A stretch of DNA of 43,174 nt from Candidatus Nanohaloarchaea archaeon (GTDB taxonomy: Archaea > Nanohalarchaeota > Nanosalinia > Nanosalinales > Nanosalinaceae): the NCBI GenBank assembly GCA_046497485.1, contig JAWOFP010000060.1, positions 1 through 43,174 on the forward strand, in the 5' to 3' direction. This document shows positions 1 to 9,488 of this stretch, piece after piece (within the stretch, counting starts at the first letter, position 1; each line of letters begins with the position of its first letter). Under the pieces are notes generated by a model that saw only the letters and a program-made list of their open reading frames with translations, did no database searches and was not told the DNA's origin. The position numbers and the translations under genes are program-made.

Positions 1-2
1 AG

Positions 3-896
3 GAAATTTCTGGCGATAGATATGTGGCAGAAGAACTAGTCGATTATGCGAAAGAGCAAGGCGTCCAGGGAATTTTACATACTGATGAAGACATAGAGAA
101 ATACGATTTAGTTGAGGAGTTTGAAGAAGTCGGAGATATGCTGAAGAAGAATGAAAAAGATGTTATCGCTTTGATCGCAGCACCGGAAGAACAGGCAAAA
201 TCAGCTGCGCAGAGAGTAAAGAAAAGAGCCGAGATTCTATATGAGGGAGAGATTCCTGAGGAGACCAGAGGTGCTGAACAGGACTTCACAACCAGCTACA
301 TGAGGCCTCTGCCTGGAGCAGCAAGAATGTATCCGGAAACCGATATCCCCTCAGTCAGGATCACAGATGAAAGAATTGAAGAAATAGACCAGAACTTACC
401 GGAGACTCTAGAAGAAAAAAGAGATAGATTGAAGGGTGAGATAGGCGAACAGCTAGCTGATCAAATAGTGAACTCCAGAAAGATAGGATTGTTCAACAAG
501 TTTGAAGACTCGGTCGATAGGAAAGATCTCGCTAATTATATCGTGAATACGCTTCCAAGACTTGAAAGCGAAGGCCTAGAAGTAGAAGAGCAAGATGCTG
601 AGAAAATCATCGAGGCCTTTTCTGAAGGTGAGTTGGAGAAAGGTCATTTGGAGAAGGCTTCAAAGCTTGCTGCAGAAGGGTCAGATGATCCTGTCAAAGA
701 AGTAGTTGAATCACAGGCCTCAGAAGATGAGATTGAAGAAGCAGTAAGAGAAGTAGTAGAAGAGAATGAAGAGATGATTGAAGAGCAAGGTATGAGGGCT
801 CAAGGCGCTTTAATGGGGGAAGTTTTAGGAAAAATCGATGCAGAAGGCTCAAAGGTTTCAAAAGTTCTTCAAAAAGAACTACAAGATAAAAATTAA
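3..896 (+). CDS. gatE: Glu-tRNA(Gln) amidotransferase subunit E, 5'-partial
   Basis: Motif PEETRGA...YMRPLPGAARMYPETDIP and a C-terminal Yqey-like tail (GMRAQGALMGEV). The frame is open to the window start. Confidence 0.95.
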   Translation, partial: EISGDRYVAEELVDYAKEQGVQGILHTDEDIEKYDLVEEFEEVGDMLKKNEKDVIALIAAPEEQAKSAAQRVKKRAEILYEGEIPEETRGAEQDFTTSYMRPLPGAARMYPETDIPSVRITDERIEEIDQNLPETLEEKRDRLKGEIGEQLADQIVNSRKIGLFNKFEDSVDRKDLANYIVNTLPRLESEGLEVEEQDAEKIIEAFSEGELEKGHLEKASKLAAEGSDDPVKEVVESQASEDEIEEAVREVVEENEEMIEEQGMRAQGALMGEVLGKIDAEGSKVSKVLQKELQDKN

Positions 897-1001
897 TGTT
901 TAAAGGCTTGAAATTGTGTTTAACTATTATTTAGCCCTCTAATTTTTTAAAAATATTATTTCTCCATGTCATTTATAATCTAGACGGTTTCAATAGTTAT
1001 T

Positions 1002-2165
1002 GTGACAATTTCAAATGATTTTAGAGGACAATCAGCTATTGAGTATTTGATGACTTACGGATGGATGCTGCTGGTTGTGGCGGTGGTTGGTGGTGCAGTA
1101 TTCTCAACTGTCCAAGGTCAGTGTAATGAGTCCGTCTCTGGGTTTACGGGTGCGGATGTTATGGTTGGCGATTTTGGATCTACTTCAACCGAAAAAATAC
1201 AGTTTGAGTTAAGGAACACTGGGTCGGAGAATGTGGAAATCAATAAAGTGACTTTTAGACAGGACAATACCTCTTTAAATATAGGCCCAAATCGCAAGAT
1301 AGAAGTTTCAGACACAGAGTTATTCAGTACTGATGGGTTTGTCGAATCTTCTTCATGTAACACTGTTGAAACCACGATAACCTATGATACTGAAACCCTC
1401 AGCAATTTGGAAGTTACAGGCACCTTGACAACTAGCGGAGAGGTTGTTGATATAACAAATGATGTTAGTAGCATTCCTCAAGATGATTTTCAGATGAGGT
1501 TTGACGCACAGAAGATTGGGAAAATTGATGGAGAAGAAGTAAACAAATGGAATGATCTAACTAATGGCGAGAACAATGCTACAGGAATCAATGATAGCCG
1601 ACTGCCCGAGGTGAATGCAGACGGAATAAATGGGTACCAGGCCCTAAAGTTTGAGCCAGAGCCTAAAGATATTCTAACGATGGAACATAAAAATTACTTG
1701 AAATCCAGGAATCATACTATCTTCGCTGTAGCACAGTTTAATGAGGTCTCAGGCACAGCTGCTGTGACATCAAAATATGAAACAGGAAGTAGGGTTAATA
1801 CTCTTCACATAGAAAACAACAAGACTTGGCTGAACTGGAATGACAACGAAGGATGGAAAAATTCTGCTGGAAGGACTAATGTTTCCAACAGGCCTAGAAT
1901 TTTGTCTACTCGTGTAGGTAAAAATATAACTGGTTATGTGGATGGTTCAAAGGATCTTAGCCAAAGAATAGATGATCCTCTAACTCTGAATGATGGTCCA
2001 GTCTCCTTTGGAGCTGTAGAATGCGGCTCTAGCTGTTCAGATTACTGGGAGCTCGACGGAAATATCGGGGAGATAATCTACTATAATAAGACTTTGAGTG
2101 ATTCGGAAATGGATGATGTTCATAATTATCTTTCACAAAAATGGAGTGTTCATATCTCTGAATAA
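1002..2165 (+). CDS. Type IV pilin-like protein with C-terminal LamG/concanavalin A-like domain
   Basis: Class III signal RG|QSAIEYLMTYGWMLLVVAVVGG. The C-terminal FDAQ...KWNDL...GNIGEIIYYNKTLSDSEMDDVHNYLSQKW pattern is typical of LamG-like folds. GTG start with TTTATAAT about 25 nt upstream. Confidence 0.8.
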   Translation: MTISNDFRGQSAIEYLMTYGWMLLVVAVVGGAVFSTVQGQCNESVSGFTGADVMVGDFGSTSTEKIQFELRNTGSENVEINKVTFRQDNTSLNIGPNRKIEVSDTELFSTDGFVESSSCNTVETTITYDTETLSNLEVTGTLTTSGEVVDITNDVSSIPQDDFQMRFDAQKIGKIDGEEVNKWNDLTNGENNATGINDSRLPEVNADGINGYQALKFEPEPKDILTMEHKNYLKSRNHTIFAVAQFNEVSGTAAVTSKYETGSRVNTLHIENNKTWLNWNDNEGWKNSAGRTNVSNRPRILSTRVGKNITGYVDGSKDLSQRIDDPLTLNDGPVSFGAVECGSSCSDYWELDGNIGEIIYYNKTLSDSEMDDVHNYLSQKWSVHISE

Positions 2166-2236
2166 TTAGTGATTCTAGGCCTTCGATGACTTTTTAACTT
2201 TTTATTGATGTAAGTAAAAATAGGTGAATTCTAATA

Positions 2237-3910
2237 ATGAGAGGACTAGGCGGACAACCTATTTTTGTAATGTCGGAAGACGCTGAGCGTCAAACTGGTG
2301 AAGATGCTCAAGAAAACAATATTGCAGCATGTAAAACTGTGGCAAAAGCAGTGAGAACTACTTTAGGCCCTAAAGGGATGGACAAGATGATGGTCGATTC
2401 TGTCGGGGACTTGGTGGTGACGAACGATGGCGTAACTATACTTGAAGAGATGGATATCCAGCATCCGGCCGCCAAGATGATGGTTGAAGTCGCCCAGACT
2501 CAGGAAGAAGAGGTAGGTGATGGAACGACTACCGCAGTAGTACTCGCTGGAGAACTACTGAAACAGGCAGAAGACCTGCTTGATCAAGAGATCCATCCAA
2601 CTGTAATTACAAGAGGATATAGGATGGCCCGTCAGAGATCAACAGAAGTACTAGACGATATCTCTGAAGAGGTTAGCCTAGCAGACGAAGATACACTTCA
2701 AAAGGTTGCGATGACATCCATGACCGGGAAATCCGCAGAGGCCTCTCGAGATTACTTGGCTGAAATCGCTGTTAAAGCGGTTAGACAGGTAGCAGAGGAG
2801 AAGGAAGACCACATTCTTATCGATAAGGATATGGTCAAGGTCGAGAAGAAAGAAGGAGGTACAATTGATGAGACAGAACTTGTGCAGGGAGTAATCCTTG
2901 ACAAGGAAAAAGTTCACGGCGGAATGCCGTCAACAGTAGAAGACGCAAAAATCGCATTACTTAACTCGCCAATTGAAGTAAAAGAGACGGAGACGGATGC
3001 TGAAATCAATATCAGTGATCCTTCACAGATGAAGAACTTTGTAGAACAAGAAGAAGAACAGCTCAAAGAAATGGTCGAGGCCTTAGATCAGGCAGGAGCA
3101 AATGTAGTTCTATGCCAGAAAGGAATCGATGACATGGCCCAGCATTATCTTGCTAAGAAAGGAATTTTTGCGATCAGAAGAGTATCAACATCTGATCTTG
3201 ACAATCTAGCTAAGGCAACAGGAGCAAACATTGTAACTTCAATTACTGACATTGATAGTGATGATTTAGGAAATGCAGGTACAGTCGAGGAAAGACTTGT
3301 AGGCGGAGACTCAATGACCTTCATTAACGACTGTCCTGAAGCCAAATCGGTTTCAATTCTTATCAGAGGAGGAACAGAGCATGTAGTAGATGAGATTGAG
3401 AGAGCGATGGAAGACGCGATAGGTGGGGTCTCAAGCGCATTGAGAAACGGTCGAGTAGTCGGAGGTGGAGGAGCAACAGAAGTACAACTTGCTCAAGAAC
3501 TCCGTGACTACGCTGATTCAGTAGGAGGCCGTGAACAGCTAGCCATCAATGCATTCGCAGATTCACTAGAAGTAATTCCAAGAACGCTTGCAGAGAACGC
3601 AGGATTCGATCCGATTGATACCTTGGTCGATCTCAGGAACAAGCATGACGATGGAGAAGTCTGGGCAGGCCTAGATGTTTCCTCAGGTAAATCTGAGAAA
3701 CTATTCGATAAAGGCGTTGTCGAACCTAAGCAGACCAAGACTCAGGCTGTTCAGTCTGCGTCAGAGTCTGCTGAGATGATTCTCAGGATTGACGATGTCA
3801 TTTCTGCTTCTGGATTTGACGCTGATGATATGGGCGGCGGAGATGACGCTGGCGGTCCTCCTGGAGGCCCAGGCGGAGGAATGCCTGGCGGAATGGGCGG
3901 CATGATGTGA
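2237..3910 (+). CDS. thsA: Thermosome (group II chaperonin) subunit
   Basis: [20 protein letters not shown] and GDGTTT motifs, GGM-rich tail, SD-like AGGTGA upstream. Confidence 0.98.
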   Translation: MRGLGGQPIFVMSEDAERQTGEDAQENNIAACKTVAKAVRTTLGPKGMDKMMVDSVGDLVVTNDGVTILEEMDIQHPAAKMMVEVAQTQEEEVGDGTTTAVVLAGELLKQAEDLLDQEIHPTVITRGYRMARQRSTEVLDDISEEVSLADEDTLQKVAMTSMTGKSAEASRDYLAEIAVKAVRQVAEEKEDHILIDKDMVKVEKKEGGTIDETELVQGVILDKEKVHGGMPSTVEDAKIALLNSPIEVKETETDAEINISDPSQMKNFVEQEEEQLKEMVEALDQAGANVVLCQKGIDDMAQHYLAKKGIFAIRRVSTSDLDNLAKATGANIVTSITDIDSDDLGNAGTVEERLVGGDSMTFINDCPEAKSVSILIRGGTEHVVDEIERAMEDAIGGVSSALRNGRVVGGGGATEVQLAQELRDYADSVGGREQLAINAFADSLEVIPRTLAENAGFDPIDTLVDLRNKHDDGEVWAGLDVSSGKSEKLFDKGVVEPKQTKTQAVQSASESAEMILRIDDVISASGFDADDMGGGDDAGGPPGGPGGGMPGGMGGMM

Positions 3911-3924
3911 GGCCTATTCCTCTA

Positions 3925-3962
3925 TAAATTTCCTATTTTCTCCTTTATTTTCACTATTTCTC
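3925..3962 (+). terminator. Pyrimidine/T-rich archaeal terminator after the thermosome gene
   Basis: Runs tttcctattttctcctttattttcactatttc directly after the stop codon. Confidence 0.5.
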
Positions 3963-3971
3963 GGTAAACTT

Positions 3972-4015
3972 CCGTGGATTATAAATACCGTGGAACCGAA
4001 TTTTGTGCTAGGAGG
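3972..4015 (+). promoter_or_regulatory. Putative promoter of the pilus operon: TATA box flanked by CCGTGGA direct repeats, plus SD
   Basis: TTATAAAT at 3979-3986, CCGTGGA at 3972-3978 and 3988-3994, GGAGG at 4011-4015 before ATG 4028. Confidence 0.5.
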
Positions 4016-4027
4016 CCTTTACAAACT

Positions 4028-4741
4028 ATGTCTAATGACGAAGTACAGCTCGGTTCCTCAAATGATGAGGACTATGAAGTGGTTCCTGTAGGACCGATCA
4101 GAAAACTTGAGAGAAGAATTGATGAAATCCAGGAGCAGTCTCAGGAGGCTCAAGGCTCCAGCCATCAGGATGAACTGATCAGAGATGTTCTGGACATTAT
4201 GAAGTCAAATCAGAAAATTGTCAACGACATGACAGAATCCACTCACGAGCTGAAGAACTCTGTAGAAGACCTTACTCATAAGATGGATGAAACTATAGAT
4301 AACATGAATGCCTTCATGGACTTGCTTAATGAGGCCTCGGAAATGGATATGGAAGGCGAGATTGTTGGAGATATGGAAGGCCGTATCGCTGACGCTATCG
4401 GAAATAAGATGGATGAAGTAGCTCAGAACATGCATGAATCCAATCAAGAAGTTGTCAGCCAGTTAGATAATTTGAATGAAAGTATTAGAAAGTCCTATGC
4501 TTCTCAGTCGGCAAATAATAGTTCGCAGGTTCAGAGGAGTCAGAGACCGCAGCAGAATCAGAGACCTCAACAGTCACAGGCTCAGCAGTCTCAAAGACCA
4601 GATCAGGGACAGTCAAGCAATATGCAGCAGCCTCAAGGAGGACAGAATAAAGGTCAGGGATCTCAGGCCTCAAATGATTTTTCAAATGACGACAGGATGA
4701 AAAGGCTGAGGGAAAAGTTCGGAAATGTTGAAGAAGAGTAA
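4028..4741 (+). CDS. Coiled-coil protein with Q/S/N-rich linker, first gene of the pilus operon
   Basis: The likely start is ATG 4028, after an SD. Heptad-rich middle, Q-rich tail, and overlap with the next pilin gene. Confidence 0.75.
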   Translation: MSNDEVQLGSSNDEDYEVVPVGPIRKLERRIDEIQEQSQEAQGSSHQDELIRDVLDIMKSNQKIVNDMTESTHELKNSVEDLTHKMDETIDNMNAFMDLLNEASEMDMEGEIVGDMEGRIADAIGNKMDEVAQNMHESNQEVVSQLDNLNESIRKSYASQSANNSSQVQRSQRPQQNQRPQQSQAQQSQRPDQGQSSNMQQPQGGQNKGQGSQASNDFSNDDRMKRLREKFGNVEEE

Positions 4742-5198
4742 AGGAGTTACGCCAATCTTAGCAACTGTAATGCTGTTATTTATTGCTGTCGCAGCAGTAA
4801 GTAGCGCAGCTGTTTTCTTACAAGGAACTATAGATGGGATTCAAGAGGGTGCGGAAGATGAACTTGAGAGAGAAGAGTTAATTGAAAACTCTGATTTAAG
4901 GATTCAGAGCGGTTTCAATAGTTCACAGGGTTACATGCATATCGTTGTTAGAAACTCAGGTTCAGTGACAATGCCTGTAGTAGAGGACTCAGAAAAGGTG
5001 TGGAGTATCTTTGTTGAAAATTCTCCTAGAGATAGTTGGAGTGCTCCAGAAGATAGCATTGATCCAAATCAGATAATTAATATTAACACTACTGAACCTT
5101 ATCCAAGTAATCAAGATAGTAAAGAAGTTTCTATTAGTGCCCCTTATGAGACAACAGATAGCTATATCTGCTATAATGGCGGTTCAATCCGTTGCTAA
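4725..5198 (+). CDS. Archaeal type IV pilin
   Basis: KSKG|VTPILATVMLLFIAVAAV class III signal and a C-terminal Cys pair. Confidence 0.88.
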   Translation: MLKKSKGVTPILATVMLLFIAVAAVSSAAVFLQGTIDGIQEGAEDELEREELIENSDLRIQSGFNSSQGYMHIVVRNSGSVTMPVVEDSEKVWSIFVENSPRDSWSAPEDSIDPNQIININTTEPYPSNQDSKEVSISAPYETTDSYICYNGGSIRC

Positions 5199-5246
5199 AG
5201 TCTAAGTTATTTAAACCGGGAAGAACAATTCTATGATAGATATATT

Positions 5247-5822
5247 ATGTTCGGAACACAGAAAGGTATCACTCCTGTAATTGCGATCGTTTTACTATTA
5301 CTTGTAACGGTCGGAGCAGTAGGAGTGGTATACACACAGTTCCAGAGCTTGGTAGGAGACGGTCCAGAAGCAGATTTCTTGGACGCTCAGAATATTGATA
5401 TTGGTTTCCAGACCACAACCAGAAATGAATCTTGGGTATTGACTCCATCAGGAGATGACTTTAACACTATCCAGATAGGACTTGAGAATTCTGGGGAAAC
5501 TGAGTATAACATGACGGATGAAATGAGACTTGAATACAGCGTACCTGGTGAAGATAGAGTTCAAACTGGAGTTGTATCAAGTGCATTCGATGCAGTGGAT
5601 TACCGAGATGGGCCACATACTTGCTTCGATAACAGCGATATGACAAATGTCAGTCAAGACTGGGAGACATTTGGTCCTGGTGACGAAGTATCATGTAACA
5701 CTGGAGTCTCAATGCCAAGCCCTGATGATGAAGTAGAGATTCATCTCGTTCTTGAAGGATCAGGAGATGAAATTACTTCATACACTTGTAGTCCTTCTAC
5801 AAGTGACAGCACAACTTGTTAA
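5247..5822 (+). CDS. Archaeal type IV pilin (candidate major pilin)
   Basis: QKG|ITPVIAIVLLLLVTVGAVGVVY. It has its own TATA (ttatttaaa near 5207) and a T-rich terminator after it. Confidence 0.9.
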   Translation: MFGTQKGITPVIAIVLLLLVTVGAVGVVYTQFQSLVGDGPEADFLDAQNIDIGFQTTTRNESWVLTPSGDDFNTIQIGLENSGETEYNMTDEMRLEYSVPGEDRVQTGVVSSAFDAVDYRDGPHTCFDNSDMTNVSQDWETFGPGDEVSCNTGVSMPSPDDEVEIHLVLEGSGDEITSYTCSPSTSDSTTC

Positions 5823-5824
5823 AA

Positions 5825-5860
5825 ATTCTTTTTTCACATATTTTTCCCTTTATTTTATAT
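5825..5860 (+). terminator. T-rich terminator after the pilin gene
   Basis: ttctttttt...tttttccctttatttt immediately after the stop codon. Confidence 0.5.
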
Positions 5861-5883
5861 TCAGGCCTTTCAAATAACGGGTT

Positions 5884-6525
5884 ATGAAGGGTCAGACCCA
5901 GGCGGTTACTGCAGTTATGATAACCGGTATTATGATAGGAACTATAGCAGCAGTCTATGTTTGGGGAACGCCACTGCTTGAGAAAAGAGAAAGCCAAGCA
6001 CAATTAAATCAGGTACAGGGAGATGTAATTAGTCTGAGGAACAGTATTGAGTCCACTAGTAACAGTGGAGAAGGCTCAGCTTCTGAAGTAACTATTAGGG
6101 TCTCTCAAGGTTCAGTAAATGTAAACGAATCAGGCAATTATATTGATGTAACAACCTATACTGAAGGCTCTTCATATCCTTTAGAAGCCTGGAGAATAAT
6201 AGATGGAAGCAATCTGCAAGGCCTGAGTATAGGATCAGGAGATTATGGATTACAGGGAGAAGATAGTCCTGGAGTTGTCGCGGCGAGAGCCCAGGAAGGA
6301 GGGTCTGAAGATAGAGTAACTTTCAGAATAGAGTTCAGAAATCTTTTAGATTCTCAAGACCAGGAGGTTGAATTAACCAATCTGCAAGTTGCAGGTTCAC
6401 CTGAATCAAATGGCGAAACTGTGATCTCTCTATCAAATCAAGGTGTAGAGTCCGATAGTCTTGAGATAAATACTGGTGAAGATTTTGATAGAGAAAAAAC
6501 CAATTTACGGGTGACTTTGTCATGA
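5884..6525 (+). CDS. Minor pilin-like protein
   Basis: MKG|QTQAVTAVMITGIMIG followed by a beta-rich acidic domain. Confidence 0.8.
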   Translation: MKGQTQAVTAVMITGIMIGTIAAVYVWGTPLLEKRESQAQLNQVQGDVISLRNSIESTSNSGEGSASEVTIRVSQGSVNVNESGNYIDVTTYTEGSSYPLEAWRIIDGSNLQGLSIGSGDYGLQGEDSPGVVAARAQEGGSEDRVTFRIEFRNLLDSQDQEVELTNLQVAGSPESNGETVISLSNQGVESDSLEINTGEDFDREKTNLRVTLS

Positions 6526-6911
6526 AAGGCCAGTATTTGGCTGTGGAATCTGTACTTACATTTGGTTTAGGCCTAGTTCTAGCTATAGGAGTTATCAGTG
6601 CTTTTGAAACATATAGCTCAGGAATTTACGATGCTTCAGAAGAGGTCCAGGCTTCTATAATTCAAAACAGGGTGCTTGAAACGTTTAACGTCTTACAAGC
6701 ATTAGAAGGCTCTGCAGAAGTTGAGTTAGATCTTCCAGAATCGGCAGGCAATAGGGATTACAGGGTTGAAGCCTCAGATAATGTAGCTGTTATTACCGAT
6801 TCAAATGAGTATGAAAGAGAGTTGTCTATAGACGGCTCTGTAACCGGTTCTGGTTCAGGCGAAATTAGAATAGTAAAATCCGGAAATAGTTACGAGATAA
6901 GTGATAGATGA
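6522..6911 (+). CDS. Minor pilin-like protein
   Basis: MKG|QYLAVESVLTFGLGLVLAIG, with ATGA overlaps on both sides. Confidence 0.8.
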   Translation: MKGQYLAVESVLTFGLGLVLAIGVISAFETYSSGIYDASEEVQASIIQNRVLETFNVLQALEGSAEVELDLPESAGNRDYRVEASDNVAVITDSNEYERELSIDGSVTGSGSGEIRIVKSGNSYEISDR

Positions 6912-8620
6912 TGGGTATAGGAGGGCTAATTGAGAAACTAAGAAAAGCAAAGCATCCAGAGTGGTACGAAGAGGAAGATAAGGAAGAAGAGGATCATAAA
7001 TTAAAAGGTGATGGTGTTGAGATTCCGTCTCCTGGGCCTTTCAGTCCTGATGATGTTCAGGATTTCTCCGATGATGAAAAGCTGAGTGATGTGGATGTTA
7101 CATATCCTTTGATTCCTTCCGAGCCTGAGGATGGCGAAATGGTATATGCATGGGCTCACATAAAGTGGGATGAGCAAAAGGGAGAGCTTATCTATAATAT
7201 TATAGAGCCAGATCTTACCCCTAGAACTGAAGCCGTCCTTGAGAAAATTCAGGATATTATGGAGCGAAGCTTTGATATTACACTGGATGATCTTGAGGCT
7301 GGAGAGGCAGACGATTACCTTGCTGAAAAGATTGATATGATTGTCGATAAGTATGATATTAGCTTGACTGACGATCAAAGAGAAATTGTCAGATACTATA
7401 CAAAAAGAGACTTCGCAGGCCTAGGAAAACTCGAACCATTGATGAGAGATACAGAGGTAGAGGATATTTCATGCGATGGTATAGATATTCCAGTATTCGC
7501 TTACCACAGAAATCCTCGTTATGGTTCACTGAAGACAAGCATAGAATGGGATGACTCTGAAGAACTGGATAAGTTCGTTATGAAAATGGCTCAGAGATGT
7601 GGTAAGTCTATCTCGGTCTCCAGTCCATTACTTGACGGTTCACTGCCTGACGGATCTCGTGTTCAGGCAACACTGGCGACAGATATTGCTAGAAAGGGTT
7701 CAAACTTTACGATTCGACGCTTCACAGAAGATCCATTAACGCCTATTCATATGATGGACTTTGAGACAGAAAATGCACAGATGCTTTCATACCTCTGGAC
7801 AATGGTTGAACATGGAAAATCGACTCTAGTCTGTGGAACTACAGGAGCAGGTAAGACCTCACAACTTAACTCTCTATCGCTTTTCATCAGGCCTGATAAG
7901 AAAATTGTATCGATTGAAGATACTCCAGAGCTTAGACTTCCTCACGACCACTGGGTGCCGGAAGTTTCGCGTTCAGGATTTGGTTCCAGTGCTGATGGAA
8001 GCGGAGAAGTATCTATGGACCATCTTTTGAAGGAGTCTCTGCGTCAGAGGCCTGAGTATATTATCGTTGGTGAGGTGCGTGGTGAAGAGGCTTATATTCT
8101 GTTCCAGCAGATGGCAACGGGACACACAGGTCTTTCCACTATCCACGCAGACTCTTTGGAGATGCTTATGGATCGTTTAACAACTCAGCCGATTGATCTT
8201 TCACCTTCTCTTATAGAGACTCTTGACTGTATTATGCTTATCAAGAGGTTGAGAAGAGATGGATCCTATATTAGAAGGATTACAGGCCTATACGAAGTTC
8301 TAGGATACGATAAGCGGAAAGGTATTGATGAAAACAAGGTTTTCGGTTGGAATCCTCAGAACGATGAGTATGTGGTTGAGAATAAGTCCATGATGCTGAA
8401 ACAGATTGCGGATCAGAATGGTATCAGTCATGAGAAGGTTAAACGCGATTTGAGGAATAAGCAGCATGTTCTGAATTACATGCAGGAAGAGCAGATTAAG
8501 CATTACAGGAAGGTAGGAGATATTATTTCTAGGTATTACTCTGATCCTGAGTCTGTGGTTGAAGAGATAGGAGAAACATTTAACTCCAAGGAAGAAGAAG
8601 TAGAGCTTAGCGATGCTTGA
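6908..8620 (+). CDS. Type II/IV secretion (pilus assembly) ATPase, PilB/FlaI/TadA family
   Basis: Walker A GTTGAGKT, SIEDTPEL Asp box, LRQRPEYIIVGEVRG and TGH...TIHA His box. Confidence 0.96.
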   Translation: MMGIGGLIEKLRKAKHPEWYEEEDKEEEDHKLKGDGVEIPSPGPFSPDDVQDFSDDEKLSDVDVTYPLIPSEPEDGEMVYAWAHIKWDEQKGELIYNIIEPDLTPRTEAVLEKIQDIMERSFDITLDDLEAGEADDYLAEKIDMIVDKYDISLTDDQREIVRYYTKRDFAGLGKLEPLMRDTEVEDISCDGIDIPVFAYHRNPRYGSLKTSIEWDDSEELDKFVMKMAQRCGKSISVSSPLLDGSLPDGSRVQATLATDIARKGSNFTIRRFTEDPLTPIHMMDFETENAQMLSYLWTMVEHGKSTLVCGTTGAGKTSQLNSLSLFIRPDKKIVSIEDTPELRLPHDHWVPEVSRSGFGSSADGSGEVSMDHLLKESLRQRPEYIIVGEVRGEEAYILFQQMATGHTGLSTIHADSLEMLMDRLTTQPIDLSPSLIETLDCIMLIKRLRRDGSYIRRITGLYEVLGYDKRKGIDENKVFGWNPQNDEYVVENKSMMLKQIADQNGISHEKVKRDLRNKQHVLNYMQEEQIKHYRKVGDIISRYYSDPESVVEEIGETFNSKEEEVELSDA

Positions 8621-9488
8621 AGAATACGCTGAATTCTGTTACAATCAGGTCGGAAGCTATGTTTTAGACTTGGTTCAGTACTTTGAAGACTTGAGGCCTC
8701 AGCTCTCTAAGGCAGGAATCGAAATTTCCTTACCTGAATATCTCAGTATGATGTTCTTCACAATCGGGATAGTAGGACTTTTCACTTTGACAGTTGGTGG
8801 AACTGCGATGGTTCTCACTTCAGGCCTCGCAGGAATAATGATGGCCTTTATTGCTTCTATTGTGCTTTCAGTGGTGACTGCTCTCGGTTTCTATATCTAT
8901 CCTTCTATAATGATAAGCAGTAGAGCATCCAGAATTAAGGATACTCTTCCTTTCGCTACAATGTATCTCGCTACACTCTCAGGGACAGGTACACCTCTTC
9001 CAAAAATATTTCAGAATCTTTCAGAAGTTGACGAATATGGTGAAGTATCTAGAGAGGCTGAAAATATTGCAAGAGACATCAATACATTTGGAATGGATGT
9101 ATCCGAGGCCTTAGAGCGTTCAGCTAATAGAAGTCCTAGTGAGGACTATAAAGAACTTATGTGGGGAATTAACCATGTTATAACTACAGGAGGTTCACTT
9201 AGAGATTTCTTAAATCAGAGAGCAGAAAGCTTAATGAATAATTACAAGAGAAGGATTGAGGAGTTCTCTGAGCAGCTCTCTTTACTCGTTGAAATGTATA
9301 TTACGGTTGTAGTTGTAGGTTCAATCATATTTACATCTATGAGCGCAGTTATGAGTACTATTTCTCAGAATATGACGCCTGATCAAATTGTCGCCCTACA
9401 AATTGGAGCGATTTTCTTTGGGTTGCCTTTAATTTCAGGCATGTTTATCTTACTTGTACAGGGAATGGCGCCAGGTGGTATAAGATGA
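8613..9488 (+). CDS. Type II secretion system F domain protein (TadB/TadC/PilC-like)
   Basis: Multiple TM helices, LPFATMYLATLSGTG...ALERSANRSPS motif, adjacent to the ATPase. Confidence 0.92.
   Translation: MLEEYAEFCYNQVGSYVLDLVQYFEDLRPQLSKAGIEISLPEYLSMMFFTIGIVGLFTLTVGGTAMVLTSGLAGIMMAFIASIVLSVVTALGFYIYPSIMISSRASRIKDTLPFATMYLATLSGTGTPLPKIFQNLSEVDEYGEVSREAENIARDINTFGMDVSEALERSANRSPSEDYKELMWGINHVITTGGSLRDFLNQRAESLMNNYKRRIEEFSEQLSLLVEMYITVVVVGSIIFTSMSAVMSTISQNMTPDQIVALQIGAIFFGLPLISGMFILLVQGMAPGGIR

Noticed and set aside
3830..3910. GGC/GGA-rich repeat at the end of the thermosome gene
   Set aside because: This is the ordinary GGM chaperonin tail.
4671..5862. AGGCCT-free stretches (pilin genes here, also about 720-1890, 9110-10520 and 20195-21320) as markers of foreign DNA
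   Set aside because: With mean spacing near 300 bp, a few gaps of 1.1-1.4 kb are expected by chance, and two fall in conserved genes (the tadC-like gene and lhr).
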